A model generated the notes under the pieces. The model worked only from the letters and a program-made list of their open reading frames with translations, was not told where the DNA came from and did no database searches. A DNA stretch of 40,734 nucleotides, taken from the IMG/VR virus record IMGVR_UViG_2718217785_000001. One strand, given 5' to 3'. The DNA comes from a virus. Its lineage: Duplodnaviria; Heunggongvirae; Uroviricota; Caudoviricetes. Position numbers and translations under genes: made by a program. This document shows, piece after piece, positions 19,097-29,533 of this stretch (its first letter is position 1; every line of letters starts with the position of its first letter).

Positions 19097-19447
19097 ATGC
19101 CCCCTCGAACCCCAAAAGCCTGCCGTGTTCGCGGCTGCCGCCATACCACCACTGACCCGTCAGGCTATTGCGAAAGCCACAAAAGCGAAGGCTGGAAGCA
19201 ATACAAACCTGGACAATCCCGTCATCAGCGCGGCTACGGTTCGAAGTGGGACAGTATCCGCGCGCGTGTCCTGAAGCGTGACAAAGGCCTGTGTCAGTTA
19301 TGTCTGCGTTCTGGTGTGGTGCGTGAGGCGAAAACTGTTGACCACATCATCCCTAAAGCGCATGGCGGCACTGATGCCGACTGTAATCTGCAGAGTCTGT
19401 GCTGGCCGTGTCATAAGGCGAAGACGGCCCGTGAATGGCTTAAGTGA
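19097..19447 (+). CDS. HNH endonuclease (packaging-associated)
   Basis: 116 aa; Cys pairs and HNH core (DHIIPKAHGG...NLQSLCWPCH), immediately upstream of terminase small subunit. Confidence 0.8.
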   Translation: MPPRTPKACRVRGCRHTTTDPSGYCESHKSEGWKQYKPGQSRHQRGYGSKWDSIRARVLKRDKGLCQLCLRSGVVREAKTVDHIIPKAHGGTDADCNLQSLCWPCHKAKTAREWLK

Positions 19448-19473
19448 TAATAATTCTCAACTGTCTGAGGGGA

Positions 19474-19533
19474 GGGGCGGGTCAAATCTCTGCGGCCTGA
19501 CGTCTTCAGGACTGCCCGCCCCATCGTTTTTTT
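19474..19533 (+). terminator. Structured hairpin plus T7 tract between HNH and terminase genes (terminator and/or cos-proximal element)
   Basis: GGGGCGGG ... CCCGCCCC outer stem with inner hairpin, followed by TTTTTTT. Confidence 0.4.
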
Positions 19534-19572
19534 ATACCCGCGAAAAATGAAATTTAACCAGGAGTGCCGCAT

Positions 19573-20067
19573 ATGGCTGGAACGGCGGGGCGTTCCGGGC
19601 GTCGCCCCAAGCCAACGGCGCGCAAGGCGCTGGCCGGAAACCCCGGCAAGCGAGCCCTGAATAAAGATGAACCTGTTTTTACGCCCATCAAAGGTGTTGA
19701 GCCACCGGAGTGGTTCGCTGAAGAAGATCTCCCTCTCGCTACGATCATGTGGCAACTGACAACCAAAGAACTCTGCGGTCAGGGCCTGCTGTGCGTGACT
19801 GACCTCGCGGTGCTTGAGCGGTGGTGCGTGGCCTACGAGTTCTGGCGACGTGCCGTGAAAAATATTGCCAGACAGGGCAATACCATCACCGGTGCAATGG
19901 GCGGTATGGTCAAAAATCCGGAGCTGACCGCCAAGAAAGAACAGGAGTCCGAGATGAGCAGCACGGGGGCAATGCTCGGACTCGACCCCAGCAGCCGCCA
20001 GCGTCTGATTGGCCTGGCGGGGCAGAAGAAAGCCACTAACCCGTTTCTGAAAATCATCGAATCATGA
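19573..20067 (+). CDS. Terminase small subunit (P27-like)
   Basis: RBS AGGAG 9 nt upstream of ATG; Arg/Lys-rich N-terminus [14 protein letters not shown]; directly upstream of large terminase. Confidence 0.75.
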   Translation: MAGTAGRSGRRPKPTARKALAGNPGKRALNKDEPVFTPIKGVEPPEWFAEEDLPLATIMWQLTTKELCGQGLLCVTDLAVLERWCVAYEFWRRAVKNIARQGNTITGAMGGMVKNPELTAKKEQESEMSSTGAMLGLDPSSRQRLIGLAGQKKATNPFLKIIES

Positions 20068-21797
20068 GCCGGAAATCTTACCCCAACGTAAATGCTGCCA
20101 ATCAGTATGCCCGTGATGTCGTGCGCGGAAAGATTGTGGCCTGCCAGTTTGTGATTCAGGCCTGCCAGCGCCATCTTGATGACCTGATGGCGGAAAAAAG
20201 TAAGTCGTTTCGTTACCGCTTCGACAAGGACCTGGCTGAACGGGCCGCGAAATTTATTCAGCTGTTGCCACACACCAAGGGGGAGTGGGCATTCAAGAGG
20301 ATGCCCATCACGCTGGAACCGTGGCAGCTCTTTGTGATCTGCTGTGCGTTTGGCTGGGTCAATAAAGGCTCCCGGCTGCGCCGCTTCAGGGAGGTGTATA
20401 CCGAAATCCCCCGTAAGAACGGCAAATCGGCAATCTCTGCCGGTGTTGCCCTGTATTGTTTTGCCTGTGATAACGAGTTTGGCGCGGAAGTGTATTCCGG
20501 TGCCACGACAGAGAAACAGGCGTGGGAAGTCTTTCGCCCGGCGCGACTGATGTGTAAACGCACACCCATGCTGACGGAAGCGTTCGGGATTGAGGTTAAC
20601 GCCTCAAACATGAACCGTCCGGAGGATGGCGCGCGGTTTGAACCGCTGATCGGCAACCCCGGTGATGGCTCATCACCCCACTGTGCGGTGGTGGATGAAT
20701 ATCACGAGCATGCCACCGATGCGCTTTATACCACAATGCTTACCGGGATGGGGGCGCGACGTCAGCCACTGATGTGGGCCATCACCACCGCCGGGTACAA
20801 CATTGAGGGGCCGTGCTACGACAAGCGGCGGGAAGTCATCGAGATGCTCAACGGCTCGGTGCCTAACGATGAACTGTTCGGGATCATCTATACCGTTGAT
20901 GAAGGTGACGACTGGACCGACCCGCAGGTGCTGGAAAAAGCCAATCCAAATATTGGCGTGTCGGTTTATCGCGAATTTTTGTTAAGTCAGCAGCAGCGTG
21001 CGAAAAATAACGCCCGTCTGGCAAACGTCTTTAAAACAAAACACCTCAATATCTGGGTGTCGGCGCGTTCGGCGTATTTCAACCTGGTGAGCTGGCAGAG
21101 CTGCGAGGATAAATCACTGACCCTTGAGCAGTTCGAGGGGCAGCCGTGCATTCTGGCCTTTGACCTGGCGCGTAAGCTGGATATGAACAGCATGGCGCGA
21201 CTTTATACCCGCGAGATTGACGGTAAAACGCATTACTACAGTGTGGCCCCGCGTTTCTGGGTACCGTATGACACGGTGTACAGCGTCGAGAAAAATGAAG
21301 ATCGACGGACAGCCGAACGCTTTCAGAAATGGGTGGAAATGGGCGTTCTGACCGTTACTGATGGTGCGGAGGTGGATTATCGCTACATCCTCGAGGAGGC
21401 CAAAGCGGCGAACAAAATCAGCCCGGTCAGTGAGTCACCCATCGACCCCTTCGGGGCGACCGGGTTGTCACATGACCTTGCTGATGAAGACCTGAACCCC
21501 ATCACTATCATTCAGAACTACACCAACATGTCCGACCCGATGAAAGAGCTGGAAGCGGCAATTGAATCGGGGCGCTTTCATCATGATGGCAATCCCATCA
21601 TGACCTGGTGTATCGGCAACGTGGTCGGCAAAACCATTCCGGGTAACGATGATGTGGTGAAGCCCGTCAAAGAGCAGGCGGAAAACAAAATCGATGGTGC
21701 AGTTGCGCTGATTATGGCAGTTGGCAGAGCCATGCTGTACGAGAAAGAAGACACGCTGTCTGACCACATTGAGTCCTATGGGATCCGCTCGCTTTAA
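20064..21797 (+). CDS. Terminase large subunit
   Basis: 577 aa, ATPase and nuclease domains in expected position and size. Confidence 0.85.
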
Positions 21798-21808
21798 CTG
21801 AGGTAATT

Positions 21809-21991
21809 ATGATCATGCTGATTCTCGCGCCTCTGGTGGGCGTGCTGGGGGCGCTTTTGCTGGCGTATGGTGCCTGGCTGATTTATCCCCCGGCGGGGTT
21901 TGTTGTTGCCGGGGCGTTGTGCCTGTTCTGGTCGTGGCTGGTGGCGCGATATCTCGACCGTACACAGTCGTCTGTCGGCGGAGGTAAATAG
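21809..21991 (+). CDS. Small membrane protein (2 TM)
   Basis: 60 aa hydrophobic ORF between terminase and portal. Confidence 0.4.
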
Positions 21992-23232
21992 TGTTCTTTT
22001 CGGGATTATTTCAACGAAAAAGTGACGCACCGGTGACCACGCCAGCAGAGCTGGCGGATGCTATCGGGTTGTCCTACGACACCTATACCGGAAAGCAGAT
22101 CAGCAGCCAGCGGGCCATGCGACTGACGGCGGTTTTTTCCTGTGTCAGGGTGCTGGCGGAGTCGGTCGGGATGTTGCCCTGCAACCTGTATCACCTGAAC
22201 GGCAGCCTGAAGCAGAGAGCCACTGGCGAACGTCTGCATAAGCTGATCTCCACGCATCCCAATGGCTATATGACGCCGCAGGAGTTCTGGGAGCTGGTGG
22301 TCACCTGTCTGTGCCTGCGGGGAAACTTTTACGCCTACAAAGTGAAAGCATTTGGCGAAGTGGCTGAACTGCTGCCCGTCGATCCCGGCTGTGTGGTACC
22401 GAAGCTTAACAGTAGCTGGGAGCCGGTCTATCAGGTCACATTCCCGGATGGCTCCACGGATGTACTGAGCCAGGAGGATATCTGGCATGTGCGCACGCTG
22501 ACGCTGGACGGACTGGTGGGGCTGAATCCCATCGCCTATGCCCGCGAGGCAATATCGCTGGCGGCAGCGACCGAAGAGCACGGGGCCAGACTGTTCAGCA
22601 ATGGCGCGGTGACGTCGGGTGTGTTGCGTACAGAGCAGACGCTGTCAGATCAGGCTTATGAGCGCCTGAAGAAAGATTTTGAGGAGCGTCACACCGGGCT
22701 TGGCAATGCTCACCGCCCGATGATCCTTGAGATGGGGCTGGACTGGAAGTCGATGGCGCTGAACGCCGAGGACAGCCAGTTCCTGGAAACCCGCAAGTTT
22801 CAGCTTGAAGAAATCTGTCGTCTGTTCCGGGTGCCGTTGCACATGGTGCAGAACACCGATCGTGCCACCTTCAACAATATCGAAGAGCTGGGGCTGGGAT
22901 TTATCAACTATTCACTGGTGCCGTATCTGACCCGCATCGAACAGCGGATCAACACCGGACTGGTACGAAAAAGTAAGCAGGGCGTTTATTACGCCAAATT
23001 TAACGCCGGGGCGTTACTGCGCGGGGATATGAAGTCCCGTTTTGAAGCCTACGCCACCGGGATCAACTGGGGAATTTACTCTCCCAATGACTGCCGCGAC
23101 CTGGAAGATATGAATCCACGACCCGGTGGTGATGTCTATCTCACACCGATGAACATGACCACGAAACCCTCCGATGGCAGTAAAGCCGGTAAGCAGAAGG
23201 ATAACGCCAATGCAGACGAAACAACGTCTTGA
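21991..23232 (+). CDS. Portal protein (HK97 family), GTG start
   Basis: 413 aa, GTG start with RBS GGAGGT; position after terminase. Confidence 0.85.
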   Translation: MFFSGLFQRKSDAPVTTPAELADAIGLSYDTYTGKQISSQRAMRLTAVFSCVRVLAESVGMLPCNLYHLNGSLKQRATGERLHKLISTHPNGYMTPQEFWELVVTCLCLRGNFYAYKVKAFGEVAELLPVDPGCVVPKLNSSWEPVYQVTFPDGSTDVLSQEDIWHVRTLTLDGLVGLNPIAYAREAISLAAATEEHGARLFSNGAVTSGVLRTEQTLSDQAYERLKKDFEERHTGLGNAHRPMILEMGLDWKSMALNAEDSQFLETRKFQLEEICRLFRVPLHMVQNTDRATFNNIEELGLGFINYSLVPYLTRIEQRINTGLVRKSKQGVYYAKFNAGALLRGDMKSRFEAYATGINWGIYSPNDCRDLEDMNPRPGGDVYLTPMNMTTKPSDGSKAGKQKDNANADETTS

Positions 23233-23860
23233 TGTACCGCTGAGTCTGAAATCTGTCAGTGACTCCGGTGAGTTTGAAGGGTATGGCTCCGTCTTTGGTG
23301 TAAAGGACAGCCACGATGATGTGGTGATGTCCGGGGCATTTGCTGCTTCCCTGCGGGCGTGGAGTGACAGAAAAGCGTTACCTGCGCTGCTCTGGCAGCA
23401 CCGCATGGATGAACCCATCGGTGTTTACACTGAAATGAAGGAAGACGATGTCGGGCTTTACGTCAGGGGGCGGTTGCTCATTGATGATGATCCCCTGGCA
23501 AAACGCGCACATGCACACATGAAGGCCGGTTCGTTAACCGGCCTTTCTATTGGGTACGTCCTGAAGGACTGGGAATACGACCGGACGAAAGAAGCCTTTC
23601 TGCTGAAAGAAATCGACCTCTGGGAAGTCAGTCTGGTGACATTCCCGTCTAACGACGAGGCGCGGATCAGCGACGTCAAGAACGCACTGGCCCGCGGGGA
23701 AATCCCCGAACAGAAAAAAATCGAAAGAGTCCTGCGTGATGTCGGACTCTCCCGTACCCAGGCCAAAGCATTCATGGCCGGGGGCTATGGCGCACTGTCC
23801 CTGCGCGACGCTGAGGATGTGGGCTCTGCACTGAATGCACTGAAAAATCTGAACTTCTAA
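23210..23860 (+). CDS. Prohead protease (HK97 family); ORF could begin at 23174
   Basis: Motifs GYGSVFG and HDDVVMSGAF in N-terminal region; between portal and capsid. Confidence 0.8.
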   Translation: MQTKQRLDVPLSLKSVSDSGEFEGYGSVFGVKDSHDDVVMSGAFAASLRAWSDRKALPALLWQHRMDEPIGVYTEMKEDDVGLYVRGRLLIDDDPLAKRAHAHMKAGSLTGLSIGYVLKDWEYDRTKEAFLLKEIDLWEVSLVTFPSNDEARISDVKNALARGEIPEQKKIERVLRDVGLSRTQAKAFMAGGYGALSLRDAEDVGSALNALKNLNF

Positions 23861-23874
23861 TCAGGAGAAATACG

Positions 23875-25080
23875 ATGGCGGTTGATATTAAAGATGTCGA
23901 ACAGGTCGCGCAGGAGCTGCAGCAGAAGTTTGACGACTTCAAAGCAAAGAACGACAAGCGCGTGGATGCGATTGAGCAGGAAAAAGGCAAGCTTGCCGGG
24001 CAGGTGGAAACCCTGAACGGGAAACTCAGCGAGCTGGAAAATCTCAAAAGCGACCTTGAAAAAGAGCTGCTTGAGCTGAAACGTCCGGCAGGTGGAGCGC
24101 AAAATAAACTGGCCACCGAGCATAAAGAGGCGTTTGTGGGCTTCCTGCGTAAAGGCCGTGAAGACGGTCTGCGCGATCTGGAGCGTAAGGCATTGCAGGT
24201 GGGTACCGATGAAGACGGTGGCTACGCCGTGCCGGAAGAACTGGATCGCAACATTCTTAACCTGCTGAAAGATGAAGTGGTGATGCGTCAGGAAGCCACG
24301 GTGATCACCGTTGGCGGTTCCGACTACAAAAAACTGGTGAATCTGGGCGGTACGGCTTCCGGATGGGTGGGGGAAACGGATACGCGAGCCCAGACTGCCA
24401 CCTCCAGACTGGAGCTGATTGAACCTCTCATGGGGGAAATCTACGGCAACCCGCAGGCTACCCAGAAAATGCTGGACGATGCCTTCTTCAACGTGGAGGC
24501 CTGGATCAACAGCGAGCTGGCAACCGAATTTGCCGAACAGGAAGAAATTGCCTTTACCTCAGGCGATGGCACCAAGAAGCCGAAAGGGTTCCTGGCGTAT
24601 GAATCCACTGATGAAACCGACAAGGTCCGGGCGTTCGGCAAACTTCAGCATATTGTATCCGGCGAAGCGACCGCGGTGACCGCAGACGCCATTATCAAAC
24701 TGATTTACACGCTGCGTAAGGCACACCGCACTGGCGCGAAGTTCATGATGAACAACAACAGCCTGTTTGCCATCCGTCTGCTGAAAGACACCGAGGGTAA
24801 CTATCTGTGGCGTCCGGGGCTGGAACTGGGGCAGCCGTCCTCTCTGGCGGGTTACGGTATCGCTGAAAACGAACAGATGCCGGATATCGCCGCTGATGCG
24901 AAAGCCATTGCATTTGGTAACTTCAAACGGGGTTACACCATCGTTGACCGTATCGGCACCCGCATTCTGCGTGACCCGTACACCAATAAACCGTTTGTCG
25001 GTTTTTATACCACCAAACGCACCGGCGGCATGCTGGTCGATTCGCAGGCCATCAAACTGCTGAAGATTGCAGTGGCGTAA
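23875..25080 (+). CDS. Major capsid protein (HK97 fold) with N-terminal coiled-coil delta domain
   Basis: 401 aa; coiled-coil N-terminus then capsid core; follows protease. Confidence 0.85.
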   Translation: MAVDIKDVEQVAQELQQKFDDFKAKNDKRVDAIEQEKGKLAGQVETLNGKLSELENLKSDLEKELLELKRPAGGAQNKLATEHKEAFVGFLRKGREDGLRDLERKALQVGTDEDGGYAVPEELDRNILNLLKDEVVMRQEATVITVGGSDYKKLVNLGGTASGWVGETDTRAQTATSRLELIEPLMGEIYGNPQATQKMLDDAFFNVEAWINSELATEFAEQEEIAFTSGDGTKKPKGFLAYESTDETDKVRAFGKLQHIVSGEATAVTADAIIKLIYTLRKAHRTGAKFMMNNNSLFAIRLLKDTEGNYLWRPGLELGQPSSLAGYGIAENEQMPDIAADAKAIAFGNFKRGYTIVDRIGTRILRDPYTNKPFVGFYTTKRTGGMLVDSQAIKLLKIAVA

Positions 25081-25128
25081 TCACTCAGGGGCGCGGAACC
25101 GCGCCCCTGTTCTGACGGGTGAAGAATC

Positions 25129-25329
25129 ATGATCCTGAAACAAGATCTGAAATGGTCACCGGACGGTATGCGTGTTGAGGTCATTCGGGCCGGTGAGTAT
25201 GACGACGGGGCGCTTCCTGCCCGGGTGCAGGAGATTGCACTTCAGGCCGGGTTAGCAGAGCGCGGAATCAGTGCAAAAAGCAGTAAAGCGGCAAAAGAGA
25301 AAAAAGCCACGACCAGTAAAGAGGGCTGA
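25129..25329 (+). CDS. Hypothetical small head-module protein
   Basis: 66 aa ORF after capsid gene. Confidence 0.45.
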   Translation: MILKQDLKWSPDGMRVEVIRAGEYDDGALPARVQEIALQAGLAERGISAKSSKAAKEKKATTSKEG

Positions 25330-25331
25330 GT

Positions 25332-25655
25332 ATGCTTCTGACAATGGAAGAGATTAAAGCCCAACTCCGGCTGGATGAGGATTTCGATGCTGATGACCGC
25401 CATCTGCAACTGCTGGCCTGTGCGGCACAAAAGCGGACGGAAACGTATCTGAACCGGAAGCTCTATGCACCGGATGAAACCATTCCGGACAGCGATCCGG
25501 ACGGGCTGCACCTGCCGGATGATATTCGTCTGGGGATGCTGATGCTTATCAGCCATTTTTACGAAAACCGCTCGTCGGTTACGGAAGTGGAGAAACTCGA
25601 CATGCCGCAGAGTTTTGGCTGGCTTGTCGGCCCGTACAGGTACTTTCCGCAATGA
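25332..25655 (+). CDS. Head-tail connector protein (gp6-like)
   Basis: 107 aa, position and size; MLLTMEEIKAQLRLDEDFD N-terminus typical of this family. Confidence 0.6.
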   Translation: MLLTMEEIKAQLRLDEDFDADDRHLQLLACAAQKRTETYLNRKLYAPDETIPDSDPDGLHLPDDIRLGMLMLISHFYENRSSVTEVEKLDMPQSFGWLVGPYRYFPQ

Positions 25656-26062
25656 AAATTCGTCAGGCGCAGACCAGCGCAACCTACATTCTGCCGGACC
25701 CCGGTGAACTGAATAAACGCGTCCTGATCCGCCTGCGGGTGGATATGCCCGCGGATAACTTTGGCGTGGAGCCTCAATACCCGGTTACGTTCCGGACATG
25801 GGCGAAGGTTATCCAGACCAGTGCCACCACCTGGCAGGAAACCGCGCAGACCGGGGACGCCATCACCCATTACATCACCATTCGTTACCGCCGGGGGATC
25901 ACCGCTGATTATGAGGTGGTCTGCGGTGACAGTGTGTACCGGGTGAAACGTCAGCGCGATCTGAACGGGGCGCGGCGCTTTCTGCTGCTGGAGTGTACGG
26001 AGCTGGGCGAATGCAGGCAGAGTCACGGAGGCAACAATGACGACTTCCTTTTTGCACGTTGA
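25652..26062 (+). CDS. Head closure / head-tail adaptor protein
   Basis: 136 aa, translationally coupled in head completion cluster. Confidence 0.55.
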   Translation: MKIRQAQTSATYILPDPGELNKRVLIRLRVDMPADNFGVEPQYPVTFRTWAKVIQTSATTWQETAQTGDAITHYITIRYRRGITADYEVVCGDSVYRVKRQRDLNGARRFLLLECTELGECRQSHGGNNDDFLFAR

Positions 26063-26543
26063 TTTTCAGCAGTCCGCGGAGATGCGCTTTAACCGCGCCC
26101 GTGTCCGGCGGGCGTTTGTCACGATTGGTCAGCGTCATATGCGTGATGCCCGTCGGCTGGTGATGCGCCGTGCGCGGTCGGCACCAGGTGAAAACCCCGG
26201 TTATCAGACCGGACGCCTGGCTCGTTCGATTGGTTACATGGTACCCAGAGCCAGTAAACATCGCCCTGGTTTTATGGCACGTATAGCCCCTAACCAGCGT
26301 AATGGAGAGGGAAACCGACGTATCACCGGTGATTTTTATCCGGCTTTTTTGTTCTATGGCGTGAGGCGAGGGGCAAAGCGTCGTCGCAGCCATCATCGTG
26401 GTGCATCCGGTGGCAGCGGCTGGCGACTGGCTCCACGTAATAACTTCATGGTGGAAACGCTTGAAAAGAACCGCAGCTGGACACGCTATTTTCTGGCGCG
26501 GGAATTGCGTAAATCACTGAAGCCGGAGCGACGACACAGATGA
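26037..26543 (+). CDS. HK97 gp10-like tail-completion protein
   Basis: 168 aa, Arg-rich, position in head-tail joining cluster. Confidence 0.55.
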   Translation: MTTSFLHVDFQQSAEMRFNRARVRRAFVTIGQRHMRDARRLVMRRARSAPGENPGYQTGRLARSIGYMVPRASKHRPGFMARIAPNQRNGEGNRRITGDFYPAFLFYGVRRGAKRRRSHHRGASGGSGWRLAPRNNFMVETLEKNRSWTRYFLARELRKSLKPERRHR

Positions 26544-27100
26544 AACTGACGCCTGTTATTGCTGCGCTGCGTGCCCGCTGTCCGTATTTTGAAAACCGGG
26601 TGGCAGGCGCGGCCCAGTTCAAAAATCTGCCGGAGGTCGGAAAGCTGAAGCTCCCGGCGGCATATGTGGTACCGGGTGATGACTCTCCGGGAGAAAACAA
26701 AAGCCAGACCGACTACTGGCAGGAGCTGAAAGAGGGCTTCTCCGTGGTTGTCATACTGAGTAACGGGCGTGATGAGCGCGGTCAGTTTGCCTCGTATGAT
26801 GTGGTGGACGATGTCCGGCAGATGCTCTTTAAGGCTCTGCTGGGCTGGAACCCGGAAGCGTGTGGTAACCCGATTACCTATGACGGCGGCACGCTGCTGG
26901 ATCTGAATCGTCATGAGCTGATTTATCAGTTCGATTTTTCGGTCATCAGCGAGCTGACCGAAGACGATACCCGCCAGCAGGATGACCTGAACAGTCTGGA
27001 TGAACTGCGAACGCTGGCGATTGATGTTGATTATCTCGATCCCGGTAACGGGCCTGACGGCGATATCGAACATCACACCGAAATACCCCTTCCTTCCTGA
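26540..27100 (+). CDS. Virion structural protein (putative tail terminator)
   Basis: 186 aa, position immediately upstream of sheath cluster. Confidence 0.45.
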   Translation: MKLTPVIAALRARCPYFENRVAGAAQFKNLPEVGKLKLPAAYVVPGDDSPGENKSQTDYWQELKEGFSVVVILSNGRDERGQFASYDVVDDVRQMLFKALLGWNPEACGNPITYDGGTLLDLNRHELIYQFDFSVISELTEDDTRQQDDLNSLDELRTLAIDVDYLDPGNGPDGDIEHHTEIPLPS

Positions 27101-27108
27101 GGATCATC

Positions 27109-27279
27109 ATGTTTGTGAAACCTGTTAAAGGGCGGTCAGTGCCTGACCCTGCCCACGGCGACCTTTTGCCCGCCGAAGGGCGAAATGTTGATGAGAACAA
27201 CTACTGGCTGCGCCGTGAAGCAGCGGGTGATATCCGGCGCGTGAATAAAAAGGTGAACACCGATGACGATAAGCTTTAA
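27109..27279 (+). CDS. DUF2635-like small protein preceding tail sheath (Mu-like tail cluster)
   Basis: 56 aa ORF found manually (MFVKPVKGRSVPDPAHGDLLPAEG...), RBS GAGGA 5 nt upstream. Confidence 0.5.
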   Translation: MFVKPVKGRSVPDPAHGDLLPAEGRNVDENNYWLRREAAGDIRRVNKKVNTDDDKL

Positions 27280-28759
27280 CACCATTCCGTCGAATACGCT
27301 GGTTCCGCTGTTTTATGCGGAAATGGATAACCAGGCTGCGAATACTGCACAGGACAGCGGAGCATCGCTGCTGATTGGTCATGCCAATAACGGTGCAGAG
27401 ATTGTTGCCAACAGTCTGGTGCTGATGCCGTCGGCAGACTATGCACGCCAGATTTGTGGTGCGGGAAGTCAGCTGGCGCGTATGGTCGAGGCTTATCGCC
27501 AGACCGACCCGTTTGGTGAGCTGTATGTGATTGCCGTTCCGGAAGCCACAGGCGCGGCGGCAACGGTTAAGCTGACGGTGACCGGGGAAGCAACCGAAAG
27601 CGGCACGGTGAATGTCTATGTGGGACGTACCCGCGTGCAGGCTCCGGTGACCAACGGCGATAACGTCACGACGATTGCCAGCAGTATCCAGGATGCCATC
27701 AATGTCGTTCCGACTCTGCCGTTTACAGCTTCATCTTCGGCTGGCGTGGTCACACTGACCGCGCGTCATAAGGGGCTTTGCGGGAATGAAATTCCTGTCA
27801 GCCTCAATTACTACGGCTTCGGTGGGGGCGAAGTGCTGCCAGCGGGCGTACAGATTGCCGTGGCTACGGGGACCGCCGGAACGGGCTCTCCTGTTCTCAC
27901 CGGCGCGGTGGCTGCAATGGCGGATGAGCCGTTTGATTATATCGGCCTGCCGTTCAACGACACGGCCTCCGTTAACACGCTGGTGACCGAGATGAACGAT
28001 ACCAGTGGTCGCTGGAGCTATGCGCGTCAGCTGTATGGTCATGTGTATACGGCAAAGATCGGCACGCTGTCAGAACTGGTGACCGCAGGTGACCAGTTTA
28101 ACCAGCAGCACATTACCCTGGCGGGGTACGAAAAAGAGACCCAGACGCCTGCTGACGAGCTGGCGGCAAGCCGTACCGCCCGCGCAGCGGTGTTTATTCG
28201 CAACGATCCGGCACGTCCCACGCAGACCGGTGAGCTGGTGGGTATGCTGCCTGCGCCGAAGGGGAAACGGTTCACGATGACCGAACAACAGACCCTGCTG
28301 TCTCATGGCGTGGCAACGGCGTATGTCGAAAGCGGGGTACTGCGCATTCAGCGTGATGTCACCACGTACAGGAAAAACGCTTACGGGGTTGCGGATAACA
28401 GCTACCTCGACAGTGAGACGCTGCATACCAGCGCGTATGTACTGCGCAAACTGAAATCCGTCATTACCAGTAAGTACGGGCGTCACAAGCTTGCTAGTGA
28501 TGGTACCCGCTTTGGTCCCGGTCAGGCGATTGTCACCCCGGCGGTGATCAAAGGGGAACTGCTGGCAACCTACCGTCAGCTTGAGCGTGCGGGGATCGTG
28601 GAAAACTACGAACTTTTTAAGCAGTACCTGGTTGTGGAGCGTGATGCCAGCGATCCGAACCGCCTGAACACGCTGTTCCCGCCTGACTATGTTAACCAGT
28701 TGCGTGTCTTTGCCGTGGTTAACCAGTTCCGTCTTCAGTATTCAGAGGAGTCCGCATAA
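27263..28759 (+). CDS. Tail sheath protein (Mu L-like)
   Basis: 498 aa, position and size in Mu-like contractile tail cluster. Confidence 0.8.
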   Translation: MTISFNTIPSNTLVPLFYAEMDNQAANTAQDSGASLLIGHANNGAEIVANSLVLMPSADYARQICGAGSQLARMVEAYRQTDPFGELYVIAVPEATGAAATVKLTVTGEATESGTVNVYVGRTRVQAPVTNGDNVTTIASSIQDAINVVPTLPFTASSSAGVVTLTARHKGLCGNEIPVSLNYYGFGGGEVLPAGVQIAVATGTAGTGSPVLTGAVAAMADEPFDYIGLPFNDTASVNTLVTEMNDTSGRWSYARQLYGHVYTAKIGTLSELVTAGDQFNQQHITLAGYEKETQTPADELAASRTARAAVFIRNDPARPTQTGELVGMLPAPKGKRFTMTEQQTLLSHGVATAYVESGVLRIQRDVTTYRKNAYGVADNSYLDSETLHTSAYVLRKLKSVITSKYGRHKLASDGTRFGPGQAIVTPAVIKGELLATYRQLERAGIVENYELFKQYLVVERDASDPNRLNTLFPPDYVNQLRVFAVVNQFRLQYSEESA

Positions 28760-29115
28760 TGGCCCGTATCGGGGGAACCTGTTATTTCAAAATTGACGGT
28801 CAGCAGCTATCGCTGACCGGCGGCATTGAGGTGCCCATGAACAGGACGGTTAACGATGACATCATCGGTCTGGATGGTTCAGTGGACCGCAAGGAAACTC
28901 ACCGCGCGCCTTATGTCAAAGGAACCTTCAAGGTGCCGAAGAATTTTCCGGTGAGCAAAATCACCTCGTCTGATGAGATGACCATCACTGCCGAGCTGGC
29001 GAACGGTCAGGTCTATGTACTGTCGTCTGCCTGGCTGCACGGCGAAGCGAACCATAATGCCGAAGAAGGCACGGTTGATCTTGAGTTCCACGGTGAAGAA
29101 GGGGATTACCAGTAA
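28759..29115 (+). CDS. Tail tube protein (Mu M-like)
   Basis: 118 aa immediately after sheath. Confidence 0.7.
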   Translation: MARIGGTCYFKIDGQQLSLTGGIEVPMNRTVNDDIIGLDGSVDRKETHRAPYVKGTFKVPKNFPVSKITSSDEMTITAELANGQVYVLSSAWLHGEANHNAEEGTVDLEFHGEEGDYQ

Positions 29116-29384
29116 TGAAAGAGCTTGAGTTAAAGAAACCGATTATCGCTCATGGCGAGACACTCTCCGTACTGGAGTTTGATGAACCCACCGGGAAGGA
29201 TGTCCGCGAGCTGGGGTATCCTTACCAGATGAATCAGGATGAGTCCGTCAGACTTCTGGCGCATGTGGTGTCGAAATACATTGTGCGGCTGGCGAAAGTG
29301 CCGCAAAGCTCTGTCGACCAGATGTCTCCGGCAGACCTGAATGCAGCGGCGTGGCTTGTGGCTGGTTTTTTCCTCCAGGCCTGA
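29115..29384 (+). CDS. Tail assembly chaperone (G-like, frame 0 product)
   Basis: 89 aa between tube and tape measure; contains slippery heptamer near 3' end. Confidence 0.65.
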   Translation: MKELELKKPIIAHGETLSVLEFDEPTGKDVRELGYPYQMNQDESVRLLAHVVSKYIVRLAKVPQSSVDQMSPADLNAAAWLVAGFFLQA

Positions 29385-29533
29385 CGGCTGAATACCTCAC
29401 TGATCGCTTCTTTGACTGCGCCAGTTACTGGCGCATTAATCCCTTCGAATTGCTGAATATGCCGATCAGTGAAATTCCCTTGCTGGTCAGTCAGGCAAAC
29501 AGGATAGAGCAGGAGAAACGCACACATGGCTGA
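29351..29533 (+). CDS. Tail assembly chaperone -1 frameshift extension (GT-like fusion with 29115..29372)
   Basis: Overlapping -1 frame ORF entered at TTTTTTC (29366-29372); no independent RBS. Confidence 0.55.
   Translation: MACGWFFPPGLTAEYLTDRFFDCASYWRINPFELLNMPISEIPLLVSQANRIEQEKRTHG

Noticed and set aside
29351-29533. Independent 60 aa gene overlapping the chaperone
   Set aside because: No RBS of its own, and it is entered in the -1 frame exactly at a TTTTTTC slippery site, so it is better explained as a frameshift extension
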